Virus record (IMG/VR): IMGVR_UViG_3300017978_000376
Span: 1 to 30,157 of that record
Length of the DNA stretch: 30,157 nucleotides
Reading direction: 5' to 3' (one strand)
DNA from: a virus
Taxonomy: Duplodnaviria; Caudoviricetes
Part shown: positions 1 through 7,328 of the stretch, piece by piece
Layout of the letters: every line of letters starts with the position of its first letter
Numbering within the stretch: the stretch's first letter is position 1
Notes under the pieces: model-generated
Told to the model about the DNA's origin: nothing
Database searches by the model: none
Seen by the model: the letters and a program-made list of their open reading frames with translations, nothing else
Made by a program: the position numbers and the translations under genes

Positions 1-55
1 CAGATATTCTTATGGCTTATAACCAAGTAGAACAATACTACAACGAAACCTTTAA
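1..55. repeat. Terminal direct repeat (assembly overlap indicating a circular or circularly permuted genome)
   Basis: 1-55 is identical to 30103-30157. The ORF starting at 29925 reads in frame through the join to a stop at 66-68. Confidence 0.97.
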
Positions 56-68
56 ACAAGAACAATGA
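53..68 (+). repeat. Cassette junction repeat TAAACAAGAACAATGA
   Basis: Variant of the 19-mer at 233-251 and 388-406, lacking one CAA. It contains the ATGA stop/start overlap. Confidence 0.85.
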
Positions 69-235
69 GAATATTTTATGTAATTAAAAATCTAGTAGAT
101 AATACATACTTATCATACAATGAGGAATGGGGTTCTTTTACGAATTCTAAATCATTTATGGAAGAATCTGATGCCATACGATCAATAGGAAGGTTAAAGG
201 GTTGTTTTGTAATTGAAAAAGTATATAACATTTAA
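65..235 (+). CDS. Small hypothetical protein (56 aa, MRIFYVIKNLVDNTYLSYNEEWGSF...), cassette ORF
   Basis: Hand-translated; too short for the ORF track. The ATG overlaps the upstream TGA and the ORF is bounded by junction repeats. Confidence 0.75.
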   Translation: MRIFYVIKNLVDNTYLSYNEEWGSFTNSKSFMEESDAIRSIGRLKGCFVIEKVYNI

Positions 236-251
236 ACAACAAGAACAATGA
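233..251 (+). repeat. Cassette junction repeat TAAACAACAAGAACAATGA
   Basis: Identical 19-mer at 388-406. Confidence 0.9.
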
Positions 252-406
252 AAATAGTTAGCCTTTACCCAAGCAATGATGTGTATCAAGTAGTAAGTGA
301 AGATGAATCAAGTGTTCACTTTCAAGGTAGTAAAGAAGATTGTATGAGATATTACTTAAAGCAAGAACTAATTAAAAACGGAATAACTAAACAACAAGAA
401 CAATGA
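248..406 (+). CDS. Small hypothetical protein (52 aa, MKIVSLYPSNDVYQVVSEDESSVHFQGSKEDC...), cassette ORF
   Basis: Hand-translated. It starts inside one junction repeat and ends (KQQEQ*) inside the next. Confidence 0.75.
   Translation: MKIVSLYPSNDVYQVVSEDESSVHFQGSKEDCMRYYLKQELIKNGITKQQEQ
388..406 (+). repeat. Cassette junction repeat TAAACAACAAGAACAATGA
   Basis: Identical to 233-251; ATGA overlap with the ORF at 403. Confidence 0.9.
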
Positions 407-624
407 AGACAGCAGTAGACCAATTCATGGATAAAATCCTTGAACAGAAATTAATAACAGGCGCAAATAACGCCTACTTGTTAGGTAATTCATTTCAAGA
501 ATGCTTGGATATTGAGAGAGCTCAAAAATGTGAATTTGCAAATGAATATGCACATAATGTAATGGCGGGAATGATGAAAACAGCTGAGGATTTTTTACAA
601 GAATACGAACTAAAAACCGAATAA
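403..624 (+). CDS. Hypothetical protein, MKTAV-family paralog of the ORF at 29925
   Basis: Shares the MKTAV N-terminus and a similar C-terminal pattern (E..Q...FA ... E.F/Y..E) with 29925..68. Confidence 0.8.
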   Translation: MKTAVDQFMDKILEQKLITGANNAYLLGNSFQECLDIERAQKCEFANEYAHNVMAGMMKTAEDFLQEYELKTE

Positions 625-627
625 TCC

Positions 628-647
628 ACTATAAATACTTATATTTG
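628..647 (+). promoter_or_regulatory. Operator-like palindrome copy overlapping a Bacteroidota -7 promoter box upstream of recT
   Basis: ACTATAAATACTTATATT at 628-645 matches the perfect palindrome at 24291 in 16/18 positions. TATATTTG at 640-647 fits TAnnTTTG. Confidence 0.7.
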
Positions 648-670
648 TTAAAATTTTAAATCCAAATAAA

Positions 671-1522
671 ATGAGTACAACAACACAGCCAGCAGTGGCA
701 GAAAAGGACATCACTACACAGGTGCTCCAAAAAGTGCAAGCCTTTGAGAAATCAGGCGAGCTAAGAATCCCAAAAGACTACTCACCCGAGAACGCGCTCA
801 AAGGCGCAATGCTAGTCTTAACCGAGTTAAAAACAAAGGACGGCAGCAACGCTTTGCAGTATTGTTCAAAGACAAGTATTGCGCAGGCGCTTTTGAAAAT
901 GGTTGTCGAGGGTCTAAGCGTGCTTAAAAAGCAAGGGTATTTTATTCCTTACGATAAGGAGCTCACTTGGATTCGCAGCTATCAGGGCTCAATCGCTTTG
1001 GCTAAACGAGTGGCTGAGGTCAAAGAAGTAAACGCGGTTGTCGTTTATCAAAATGACTTATTCGAGTACGGCATTGACGTGAAAACGGGGCGCCAAGTAA
1101 TCTATAAGCACGATCAAAAACTAGCCAACATTGCTAACGATAAGATTATAGCTGCTTACGCAATTGTAATCTACAAAGATGGCACGACCGATGCGACTAT
1201 CATGAGTATGGACGAAATTCGCGCAGCATGGAACCAAGGCGCGCCTAAAGGAAACTCGCCAGCTCACAAGAATTTCACGCAGGAAATGGCCAAAAAGACG
1301 GTCATTAACCGCGCTTGCAAAACACCTATCAATAGCTCGACCGATGTTATCTTGGTTGGCGGTTACGATGAGGAAAACGACGAGGCACCAACTATTGACA
1401 TTAAGCACGAAATTGTTGAGGACACAGCAAGCCAACCGATTACCTTTGAAATCAGTGAAGCGCCTGAGCCTACCTTGAAAAAAGCGCGCCCCGTTGACGA
1501 ACCTGCGGAATTCCCTGAGTAA
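671..1522 (+). CDS. recT: RecT-family single-strand annealing recombinase
   Basis: GLS..KKQGYFIPY, SYQG...LAKR, VVYQND.F, AAYA, EMAKKTVINRACK motifs and an acidic C-terminal tail, all typical of RecT. Confidence 0.92.
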   Translation: MSTTTQPAVAEKDITTQVLQKVQAFEKSGELRIPKDYSPENALKGAMLVLTELKTKDGSNALQYCSKTSIAQALLKMVVEGLSVLKKQGYFIPYDKELTWIRSYQGSIALAKRVAEVKEVNAVVVYQNDLFEYGIDVKTGRQVIYKHDQKLANIANDKIIAAYAIVIYKDGTTDATIMSMDEIRAAWNQGAPKGNSPAHKNFTQEMAKKTVINRACKTPINSSTDVILVGGYDEENDEAPTIDIKHEIVEDTASQPITFEISEAPEPTLKKARPVDEPAEFPE

Positions 1523-2214
1523 TGAGAATCAACATTATTTCATCAGGCAGCAAGGGCAACGCCTATATCATTGAAAAGAACAACGCCGCGCTCTTAGTTG
1601 AGTGCGGTGTAAAGTTCTCGGAGATTCAAAAGGCAGTTGGTTTTGATTTGCTTAGAATCAAAGCGTGCCTTGTGAGTCATGAACATGGTGACCACTCCAA
1701 AGCATGGAAACAAGTTGTGGGCGCAGGCATTCCGATGTATGCAAGCGTTGGCACTTACGATGCGCTTAAGGTGAGCCCTGAGGATAGGCAATACCCATTT
1801 TTTCATGGATGTGTAAAAGGTCCATTCAAATGTTTTTCCGCCAATCACGACGCGGCCGAACCGCTTAACTTTATCATTGATGAAAAGATACTTTTCATTA
1901 CCGATAACTACAAGCTGCAATTTGATTTCTCATGGTTCAAATTCACCTGCGTAATGATCGAGGCAAACTATTGCGAGGAGGTCATCAAAGGCAAAGCAGA
2001 TGACTTTGTCAACAAACGCCGCTTTCGCTCGCATATGAGCTTTCAAACAGCTTTATTAACCCTAAAAACGCTCGATTTAAGCGAGTGCAAACAAATCATT
2101 TTAATCCACCTCAGCGATGGATATACGGATGAAAAACGCTTCATTCAGGACACTGAAAAGGCTTTCGGGATTCCGACTATTTGCGCTGATAAAAACCAAG
2201 TAATTGAGTTATGA
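1522..2214 (+). CDS. Metallo-beta-lactamase-fold hydrolase (YycJ/WalJ-like, probable exonuclease)
   Basis: SSGSKGNAY, HEHGDH (HxHxDH), HDAAEP, TD, IEANY, SHMS and LIHLS motifs; translationally coupled to recT. Confidence 0.9.
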   Translation: MRINIISSGSKGNAYIIEKNNAALLVECGVKFSEIQKAVGFDLLRIKACLVSHEHGDHSKAWKQVVGAGIPMYASVGTYDALKVSPEDRQYPFFHGCVKGPFKCFSANHDAAEPLNFIIDEKILFITDNYKLQFDFSWFKFTCVMIEANYCEEVIKGKADDFVNKRRFRSHMSFQTALLTLKTLDLSECKQIILIHLSDGYTDEKRFIQDTEKAFGIPTICADKNQVIEL

Positions 2215-2372
2215 AACAAAAACAAGCACATCTAAAAACAATTGCTTTTTTGGGAATCACAGCAATCATAGTATTTTTAGCAATTTGTTTTCCTTCAGTG
2301 GGGCTAGCATTACTTAAAACTTGCTTTTTCATGGCATTGTACATGGGTATTTACACACTTTTTAAAGACTAA
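2211..2372 (+). CDS. Small membrane protein (53 aa, two hydrophobic segments)
   Basis: Hand-translated MKQKQAHLKTIAFLGITAIIVFLAICFPSVGLALLKTCFFMALYMGIYTLFKD; ATGA overlap with the MBL gene. Confidence 0.7.
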   Translation: MKQKQAHLKTIAFLGITAIIVFLAICFPSVGLALLKTCFFMALYMGIYTLFKD

Positions 2373-2376
2373 CAAA

Positions 2377-2661
2377 ATGAAAAACAAAATAAAGATTTTC
2401 GCAATTTTCGTAATGATGTTTTTTGCATCATTCGTTCCGGAATCTAATCATGAACTTTTTGGAGACTGGAGATGTAAAGGTGGTCATGTTATTTATCACG
2501 AGTACAAATCGAATGAATACATAGGGTGTCAATACGGAGCAGATGACCACCATTCCTCTACATGGCATTGGGGTGCGCGTCATTGGATTTGGCTGCTTAC
2601 AGGTATTACATTTACCGCGTGGACAATAGTAGAAATCATTAACAAAGAAATAAATAAGTAA
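2377..2661 (+). CDS. Hypothetical membrane protein with a Cys/His-rich loop between two hydrophobic segments
   Basis: N-terminal and C-terminal hydrophobic helices; the loop holds two Cys and several His. Confidence 0.75.
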   Translation: MKNKIKIFAIFVMMFFASFVPESNHELFGDWRCKGGHVIYHEYKSNEYIGCQYGADDHHSSTWHWGARHWIWLLTGITFTAWTIVEIINKEINK

Positions 2662-2662
2662 A

Positions 2663-3100
2663 ATGAAACAAACATTTTTAACCAAAGTAAGCTACACCAA
2701 GCAATTCGATAACGGCACATTCAAGCGAGTTGTTGAACAATACCTATTCGATGGCCACACATTTACCGACTGCGAGGCTAACGTTTACACGCATTTAGGC
2801 TCCATGATTAAAGGCGAGTTCACGATCATGAAGATGGACAAATTTATGGTTGATGAAATCATTGGAGACAAAGAAAATCAATTTGAAAAGTTCTTTTTAC
2901 TCAAGCAAATTCATACCGATATTGACGACCGAGAAGTCAAAATGAAAATGCTGGTGAACGCGTCAAATATTGAAATGGCTAAAGAAATAGCTATGCAATA
3001 CAATGCGGAGGTATTTATGTTTGAGCCTGAAATCAACTCCATAGTAGAAACCAAAATTTTGGACTATTTCCAAAGTGTAACCGAAACAATTGAGGAATGA
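2663..3100 (+). CDS. DUF4494-like protein (Bacteroidota family)
   Basis: F..KV.Y.K..DNG..K.V.E.YL.D..TFT..EA and terminal I.ETKILD.F patterns recalled for DUF4494. Confidence 0.7.
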   Translation: MKQTFLTKVSYTKQFDNGTFKRVVEQYLFDGHTFTDCEANVYTHLGSMIKGEFTIMKMDKFMVDEIIGDKENQFEKFFLLKQIHTDIDDREVKMKMLVNASNIEMAKEIAMQYNAEVFMFEPEINSIVETKILDYFQSVTETIEE

Positions 3101-3297
3101 CCCAAACCAAACTCGAAAAGCGCTTCGCCAAAAAAATGGAGCGCTATTGTTTACAAAAGCAAACGACCCCGTGGATTATTTGCAGCTCATTCGGCTACAC
3201 CAATATGCAGGCTATTGGCCGATTTTTGACAGGTGAGGGCACTATCAGCGCGCAAACCATGGGATTGATTGATGAGTATATGAAAAAGAATAAGTAA
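3097..3297 (+). CDS. Small HTH (XRE/Cro-like) DNA-binding protein
   Basis: 66 aa with the pattern WIICSSFGYTNMQAIGRFLTGEGTISAQTMGLI resembling an XRE helix-turn-helix. Confidence 0.55.
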   Translation: MTQTKLEKRFAKKMERYCLQKQTTPWIICSSFGYTNMQAIGRFLTGEGTISAQTMGLIDEYMKKNK

Positions 3298-3314
3298 TCT
3301 AAAAACCAAGTAAA

Positions 3315-3575
3315 ATGGAACAAGAAAATTATCACCCAACATTTGACCAAGTAATAAAAGCAGGTTTTAAGCGACAACAAGCAAACGATGAAGCGTTTGA
3401 AAAAGAAAAAGGCTATCCGTATTTCCTAGTCAATTTTGAATCGAAGGAGTTCATTATTGAATGGGATATTGAAACGCATCAGCTCAGGATTTTTGTTTGT
3501 GGCGTTCCTATTGAATATATTTCACTTCAAAAAGCAACGCGAATAATTTATGAATTTCGCAATAGAAATAAGTAA
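3315..3575 (+). CDS. Hypothetical protein
   Basis: In-operon ORF with an A-rich start context. Confidence 0.75.
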   Translation: MEQENYHPTFDQVIKAGFKRQQANDEAFEKEKGYPYFLVNFESKEFIIEWDIETHQLRIFVCGVPIEYISLQKATRIIYEFRNRNK

Positions 3576-3582
3576 CAACCTC

Positions 3583-3610
3583 AAAGCCAATTCAATCGGA
3601 TTGGCTTTTT
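3583..3610 (+). terminator. Intrinsic terminator
   Basis: AAAGCCAATTC-AATC-GGATTGGCTTT hairpin ending in a T tract. Confidence 0.75.
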
Positions 3611-3613
3611 ATT

Positions 3614-3621
3614 TACCTTTG
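3614..3621 (+). promoter_or_regulatory. Bacteroidota -7 promoter box (TACCTTTG)
   Basis: Matches TAnnTTTG. It follows the terminator directly and lies 3 nt before an in-frame GTG at 3625. Confidence 0.55.
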
Positions 3622-3624
3622 AGT

Positions 3625-4143
3625 GTGGAATTTTGGAATAGAGAAGCGTATGACATAGCCAAAAAAATCACGGGCAACCGAGACATACACCGCGACCTCG
3701 TTGCTTTCGTCTATATTTTGCTCCATGACAAAGGCATAGTGCCACAATCTTTACCAGCTACATTTGCACGCTGGGCAAATAATCAATACACCTGGAAAGA
3801 TAGCGCATTCAATAAGCAATACGCCAATTATAACCTTGATATTGACCAAATCAACTATGAAAAAATAGAGGAAAAATACCAAGATAACCACTACGGGCTG
3901 CTGCTTGACGAATACTTTGACCAAGAAAGCGCAACGGAAAACGAGTTTTTTTGCAAAGAAATCGCTAAACTTGTCTTTCAATCAATGAGTTACCGCGAAA
4001 TTGAACGTTTAACAGGCATCAGGCACGACATTGTGTGCAATGCCATAAAGCAATTTAGGAATGATTTTAGGGATTTTTGCAGCAATCGGAGCGGCGCTTC
4101 CGATATTCAATTGGTACAGGGCAACAGGGAAGCTGAATTTTAA
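3625..4143 (+). CDS. Sigma70/ECF-like transcription factor (probable late-gene regulator)
   Basis: Region-2-like AYDIAKKITG...HRDLV and region-4 HTH MSYREIERLTGIRHDIVCNAIK. The ORF-track start at 3550 spans a terminator, so GTG 3625 is preferred. Confidence 0.7.
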   Translation: MEFWNREAYDIAKKITGNRDIHRDLVAFVYILLHDKGIVPQSLPATFARWANNQYTWKDSAFNKQYANYNLDIDQINYEKIEEKYQDNHYGLLLDEYFDQESATENEFFCKEIAKLVFQSMSYREIERLTGIRHDIVCNAIKQFRNDFRDFCSNRSGASDIQLVQGNREAEF

Positions 4144-4309
4144 GCCCTTTTCCTGCTTGCCTTGCCTTTCGTTTTGGATGGCAGTTGTTTACTATCTTTG
4201 CTACTATCTTTTTGTTGACGCCAACGAAATGATATTTTTTAACGCATTCGCCGCCTATTTTGGCGCTGCATTATACTTGATTTATGAAGAGACTTCGTTT
4301 AATAATTAA
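4061..4309 (+). CDS. Small membrane protein with KPFSCxxCxSFW motif
   Basis: Two to three hydrophobic helices and a CxxC motif. Confidence 0.7.
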   Translation: MILGIFAAIGAALPIFNWYRATGKLNFKPFSCLPCLSFWMAVVYYLCYYLFVDANEMIFFNAFAAYFGAALYLIYEETSFNN

Positions 4310-4472
4310 AGGGCTTCGCGTGTTGATGAGACGCAATCGCCGTATCACTGACCAAGACCGTATCATGTCATCAATTGGGGCCATCCTAATCATTGAGCTA
4401 AAAAACGACCGCGCCTTGCGTCGTAAAATCAGAGGCACAAAACTTGAAGTAAAACTTAAAAAGTACATTTAA
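4284..4472 (+). CDS. Small highly basic protein
   Basis: Arg/Lys-rich 62 aa ORF that fills the gap between neighbouring genes. Confidence 0.6.
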   Translation: MKRLRLIIKGLRVLMRRNRRITDQDRIMSSIGAILIIELKNDRALRRKIRGTKLEVKLKKYI

Positions 4473-4474
4473 CC

Positions 4475-4894
4475 ATGAGCGTAACACTATCCCTATCGCC
4501 TGAGCTACTCGAAAAGCTCGAATTTTTCCGCAAGTTTGGCAGCGCCAATATGTCTCGGCCTCTCAAACAAGAGCTGGCAATCCATTACAAAGAACTCACG
4601 GGCTCAACACTCAACATTGACTGCGGCACCTGTGTTATTCAAGCAATGCACCGTGTCAACGCGGCTACAAAAACCAAAAAAGCAGCCAAGAAAAAAGCCG
4701 ATACCATGATCGTGAACACCGAGTTTGACGGCATGAATTTCATGAAGCTCAAAAGCCTTGCAAAAGCCAAAGCAAAAGAGCTCGGCATCGAGTTAGCAAA
4801 AGACGCGAAAAAAGATGAGTTAATCAAAATCTTGACGGATGGCCAAAGCGCAAACAACAACGAAAGCGAAGGCAACGACAAAGCCAGCGAGTAA
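4475..4894 (+). CDS. Hypothetical protein with CxxC and C-terminal HeH/Rho-N-like helical domain
   Basis: CGTC motif; C-terminal MNFMKLKSLAK...LGIEL...AKKDELIKIL resembles HeH/LEM/Rho-N. Confidence 0.7.
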   Translation: MSVTLSLSPELLEKLEFFRKFGSANMSRPLKQELAIHYKELTGSTLNIDCGTCVIQAMHRVNAATKTKKAAKKKADTMIVNTEFDGMNFMKLKSLAKAKAKELGIELAKDAKKDELIKILTDGQSANNNESEGNDKASE

Positions 4895-5339
4895 ATCAAG
4901 ATCGGTTATAAAGCCCGCGGTAAAAAGGCTAAAACCGATGGCGCTTCAAATAATCGAAAAGCTCGACTTGTTAGAAGACTTGGGGTGGAACTACGCGGTA
5001 GAATGTATCGAGAACACCAAAGAACACGTTTCAGCTAGTGGCCGAGTTGTTAGCTTGCTCGATAGGCATATCCCTACTATTGACTATTTCTTGCGTATTT
5101 GGATTCCCAAGAAAGTGGGGATGCCTTTACTTGACCGCCGCACATGGTACAGGTGGCTAGATGACGAAGGTGAGCGAAGCCACACTATAAAAAACATCGA
5201 CGCTCAAATGAAAGCTATTGCCGTGGACATCGTAGCCAATGAAGGCAAAGGTATTTTTTACGCAAAGAATCGCCTAGGCATGCACGACCGCCAACAAATT
5301 GAAACTAAAAACGTTGACCACTTCGACTTCGACATTTAA
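4839..5339 (+). CDS. terS: Terminase small subunit (putative)
   Basis: Directly upstream of and coupled to TerL; HTH-like RRTWYRW and C-terminal GIFYAKNRLGMHD typical of TerS. Confidence 0.72.
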   Translation: MAKAQTTTKAKATTKPASKSRSVIKPAVKRLKPMALQIIEKLDLLEDLGWNYAVECIENTKEHVSASGRVVSLLDRHIPTIDYFLRIWIPKKVGMPLLDRRTWYRWLDDEGERSHTIKNIDAQMKAIAVDIVANEGKGIFYAKNRLGMHDRQQIETKNVDHFDFDI

Positions 5340-6532
5340 TGGCAACCATAAAAGGCTACAAACCGCATGAAAAACAGCGCCTGATACACGACTCAATCAA
5401 TAACGAGCCGTTTAAATACTACACGCTCAACATCGGTAGGCAGTTCGGCAAATCAATGCTTGGCTTAAATCAAATGCTTTACTGGGCCATTAATGATGCA
5501 GGCTGCGACATCGCTTGGGTGTCTCCCGTTTACAAGCAATCAAAGAAAGTCTTTTCGGATTTCGAGAAATACACCCAAAATAGCGGCTTGTTTAACTTCA
5601 ACAAATCGGAGCTGCTGATTGAGGGAATGGGCTCAAAGATTCAGTTCTTTTCGGGTGAGCGCCCGGATAACATTCGAGGCAATACATTTCACTACCTGAT
5701 AATTGATGAGACGGCATTTACACGCAAGGAGCTGTGGGATGAGGTATTGAGTGCAACCGTACTTGTCAAAGGCAAAAAGGTGCTTTTCATATCGACCCCA
5801 AAAGGAAAGAACCACTTTCACGGCCTGTATATGCGGCCGAATTACGATGAGCGTTATAAATCATTTACGTTCACTTCGTATGATAACCCCATGATTGACC
5901 CTGCTGAAATTGATGAGCGCCGCGCCTCGCTGCCTGAGCACATTTTCAGACAAGAATACCTTGCTGAGTTCATTGATGACGGCGCGGGCATCTTTAAGAA
6001 CGTGCGTTCTTGTATTGGCATAGGTGAAAAAGGCAAGCACTTCGCAGGCCTTGACATCGGCCGAGCGGATGACTACACGGTGCTATCCATACTCAACGAC
6101 AAAAAGCAAATGGTTTACTGCGAGCGTTGGCGTCAAATGGAGTGGACACAAATCATCGACAAGGTAGCCGCTATAATCATTCAATACAACGCAATGACCG
6201 CCGTTGAGGTCAACAATCAAGGAGACGTGTTTTATGAAATGCTGCAAAAGAAATGCCGTAACCTAATCTATCCACACGTAACCAGCACCAAAACAAAACC
6301 GATAATGATTGAAGATTTGGCCGTGGCGTTTGAAGATAAGTCGATTCAGATTCTCGACAAGGATTGGCTTATTGATGAGCTCGAAAATTTTACCTTTGTC
6401 TATAACAACAAAACGCGTAATGTTCAATATTCAGCGCCAAAGGGAATGCACGACGATAGTGTCATATCTTTAGCCTTAGCAAATCAATCGCTTAAAGAAA
6501 AACGAACACGCGCCAAATATGTATTCGCATGA
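5339..6532 (+). CDS. terL: Terminase large subunit
   Basis: PHEKQ adenine-binding motif, Walker A GRQFGKS, Walker B LIIDE, ISTPKG coupling motif, RNase H-like GLDIG..DDYTV and HDDSVISLALA. Confidence 0.95.
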   Translation: MATIKGYKPHEKQRLIHDSINNEPFKYYTLNIGRQFGKSMLGLNQMLYWAINDAGCDIAWVSPVYKQSKKVFSDFEKYTQNSGLFNFNKSELLIEGMGSKIQFFSGERPDNIRGNTFHYLIIDETAFTRKELWDEVLSATVLVKGKKVLFISTPKGKNHFHGLYMRPNYDERYKSFTFTSYDNPMIDPAEIDERRASLPEHIFRQEYLAEFIDDGAGIFKNVRSCIGIGEKGKHFAGLDIGRADDYTVLSILNDKKQMVYCERWRQMEWTQIIDKVAAIIIQYNAMTAVEVNNQGDVFYEMLQKKCRNLIYPHVTSTKTKPIMIEDLAVAFEDKSIQILDKDWLIDELENFTFVYNNKTRNVQYSAPKGMHDDSVISLALANQSLKEKRTRAKYVFA

Positions 6533-7218
6533 CACACCAATTTAAAGCCTCAATTTCTAAAATCAAAATCGGACAGATAGCCATGTGGCTTAAATTGCTC
6601 GAGGGATTTGATGACCGAAAATTCACAGCCTTGCTGCAAAACCTAGAATTTCGCACCCAAGTTGTCGCAATCATGCTTGAAATCCCAATGAATCAAGCGA
6701 GGCGCATTGACGTTGACGACGTGTTGCAGATTTCGGATCACTATATCACCTTGCTATCAACCTACAAATACAAAGAGCCGCGCGAGCTTATAGAGGTCAA
6801 AGGCCAAAAGTTTAAGTTTACACCCAACTTTGGCGCATGGTCAACGGGTCAAATCATTGACGCGAAGCTGCTCGACATTGAAAGCCTGTACACACACCCT
6901 GAAAGGCTAGTTGCTATCATGTACGTTGAGCAAGGCATGAGCTATCACCAAGAGGACGCACACCAACAGGTCGTAAATCCAAACGAAAGGCGCGAGAAAC
7001 TATTTGCGGAGCATTTTGATGGTGAGGAATTTTGGAACTTCTACAATTTTTTTTTGTCGAATTACGAAGATTGGAAGCTCGCTATTTCGGGGATTCAGAT
7101 AGCGAGGATGAGGATAGCAGCGAATACGACCGAGAAGCTCCTAAAGAAGAGGCAAAGGGCAATGAAGATGCGTGGTATCATTTCACGACTTCGTTTGTCT
7201 TGGTGGCGCAAGAGTTAA
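6529..7218 (+). CDS. Putative tail assembly chaperone (G-like), 0-frame product
   Basis: Contains a T9 slippery run at 7047-7055 with an open -1 frame downstream. Confidence 0.6.
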   Translation: MTHQFKASISKIKIGQIAMWLKLLEGFDDRKFTALLQNLEFRTQVVAIMLEIPMNQARRIDVDDVLQISDHYITLLSTYKYKEPRELIEVKGQKFKFTPNFGAWSTGQIIDAKLLDIESLYTHPERLVAIMYVEQGMSYHQEDAHQQVVNPNERREKLFAEHFDGEEFWNFYNFFLSNYEDWKLAISGIQIARMRIAANTTEKLLKKRQRAMKMRGIISRLRLSWWRKS

Positions 7219-7328
7219 ACATACCCGTTGCAGAAATCGGCGCCATGCCTTATCAAAAGTTTCTTTTTTGGCAAAACTACCTCCGCATCAAACAACAGCG
7301 CAGCACTATAATTGATGGTCAATCTTAG
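7047..7328 (+). CDS. -1 frameshift extension (T-like segment) of the 6529 protein
   Basis: The -1 frame is open from before the T9 run to TAG 7326-7328. It has no good independent start and encodes an acidic linker plus a W/Y-rich helical segment. Confidence 0.6.
   Translation, partial: FFFVELRRLEARYFGDSDSEDEDSSEYDREAPKEEAKGNEDAWYHFTTSFVLVAQELNIPVAEIGAMPYQKFLFWQNYLRIKQQRSTIIDGQS
7291..7311 (+). promoter_or_regulatory. Candidate late promoter AACAACA-N4-AGCACTATAA
   Basis: Same boxes and spacing as 13751-13771; 3 nt before ATG 7315. Confidence 0.55.

Noticed and set aside
1-55. 55-bp terminal repeat as a biological direct terminal repeat
   Set aside because: The length equals a common assembler k-mer and the repeat falls mid-gene, so it is best read as a circular assembly overlap.
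53-406. Junction repeats as a CRISPR array
   Set aside because: The intervening segments are 136-164 nt intact ORFs, the repeats are short and non-palindromic, and there are no cas genes.
3550-3624. N-terminal extension of the sigma-like ORF from ATG 3550
   Set aside because: It crosses a terminator and a promoter box; GTG 3625 is more plausible.
5178-5195. CACACTATAA in terS as another late-promoter or operator copy
   Set aside because: It lacks the AACA box and the second palindrome half-site, and it is intragenic.
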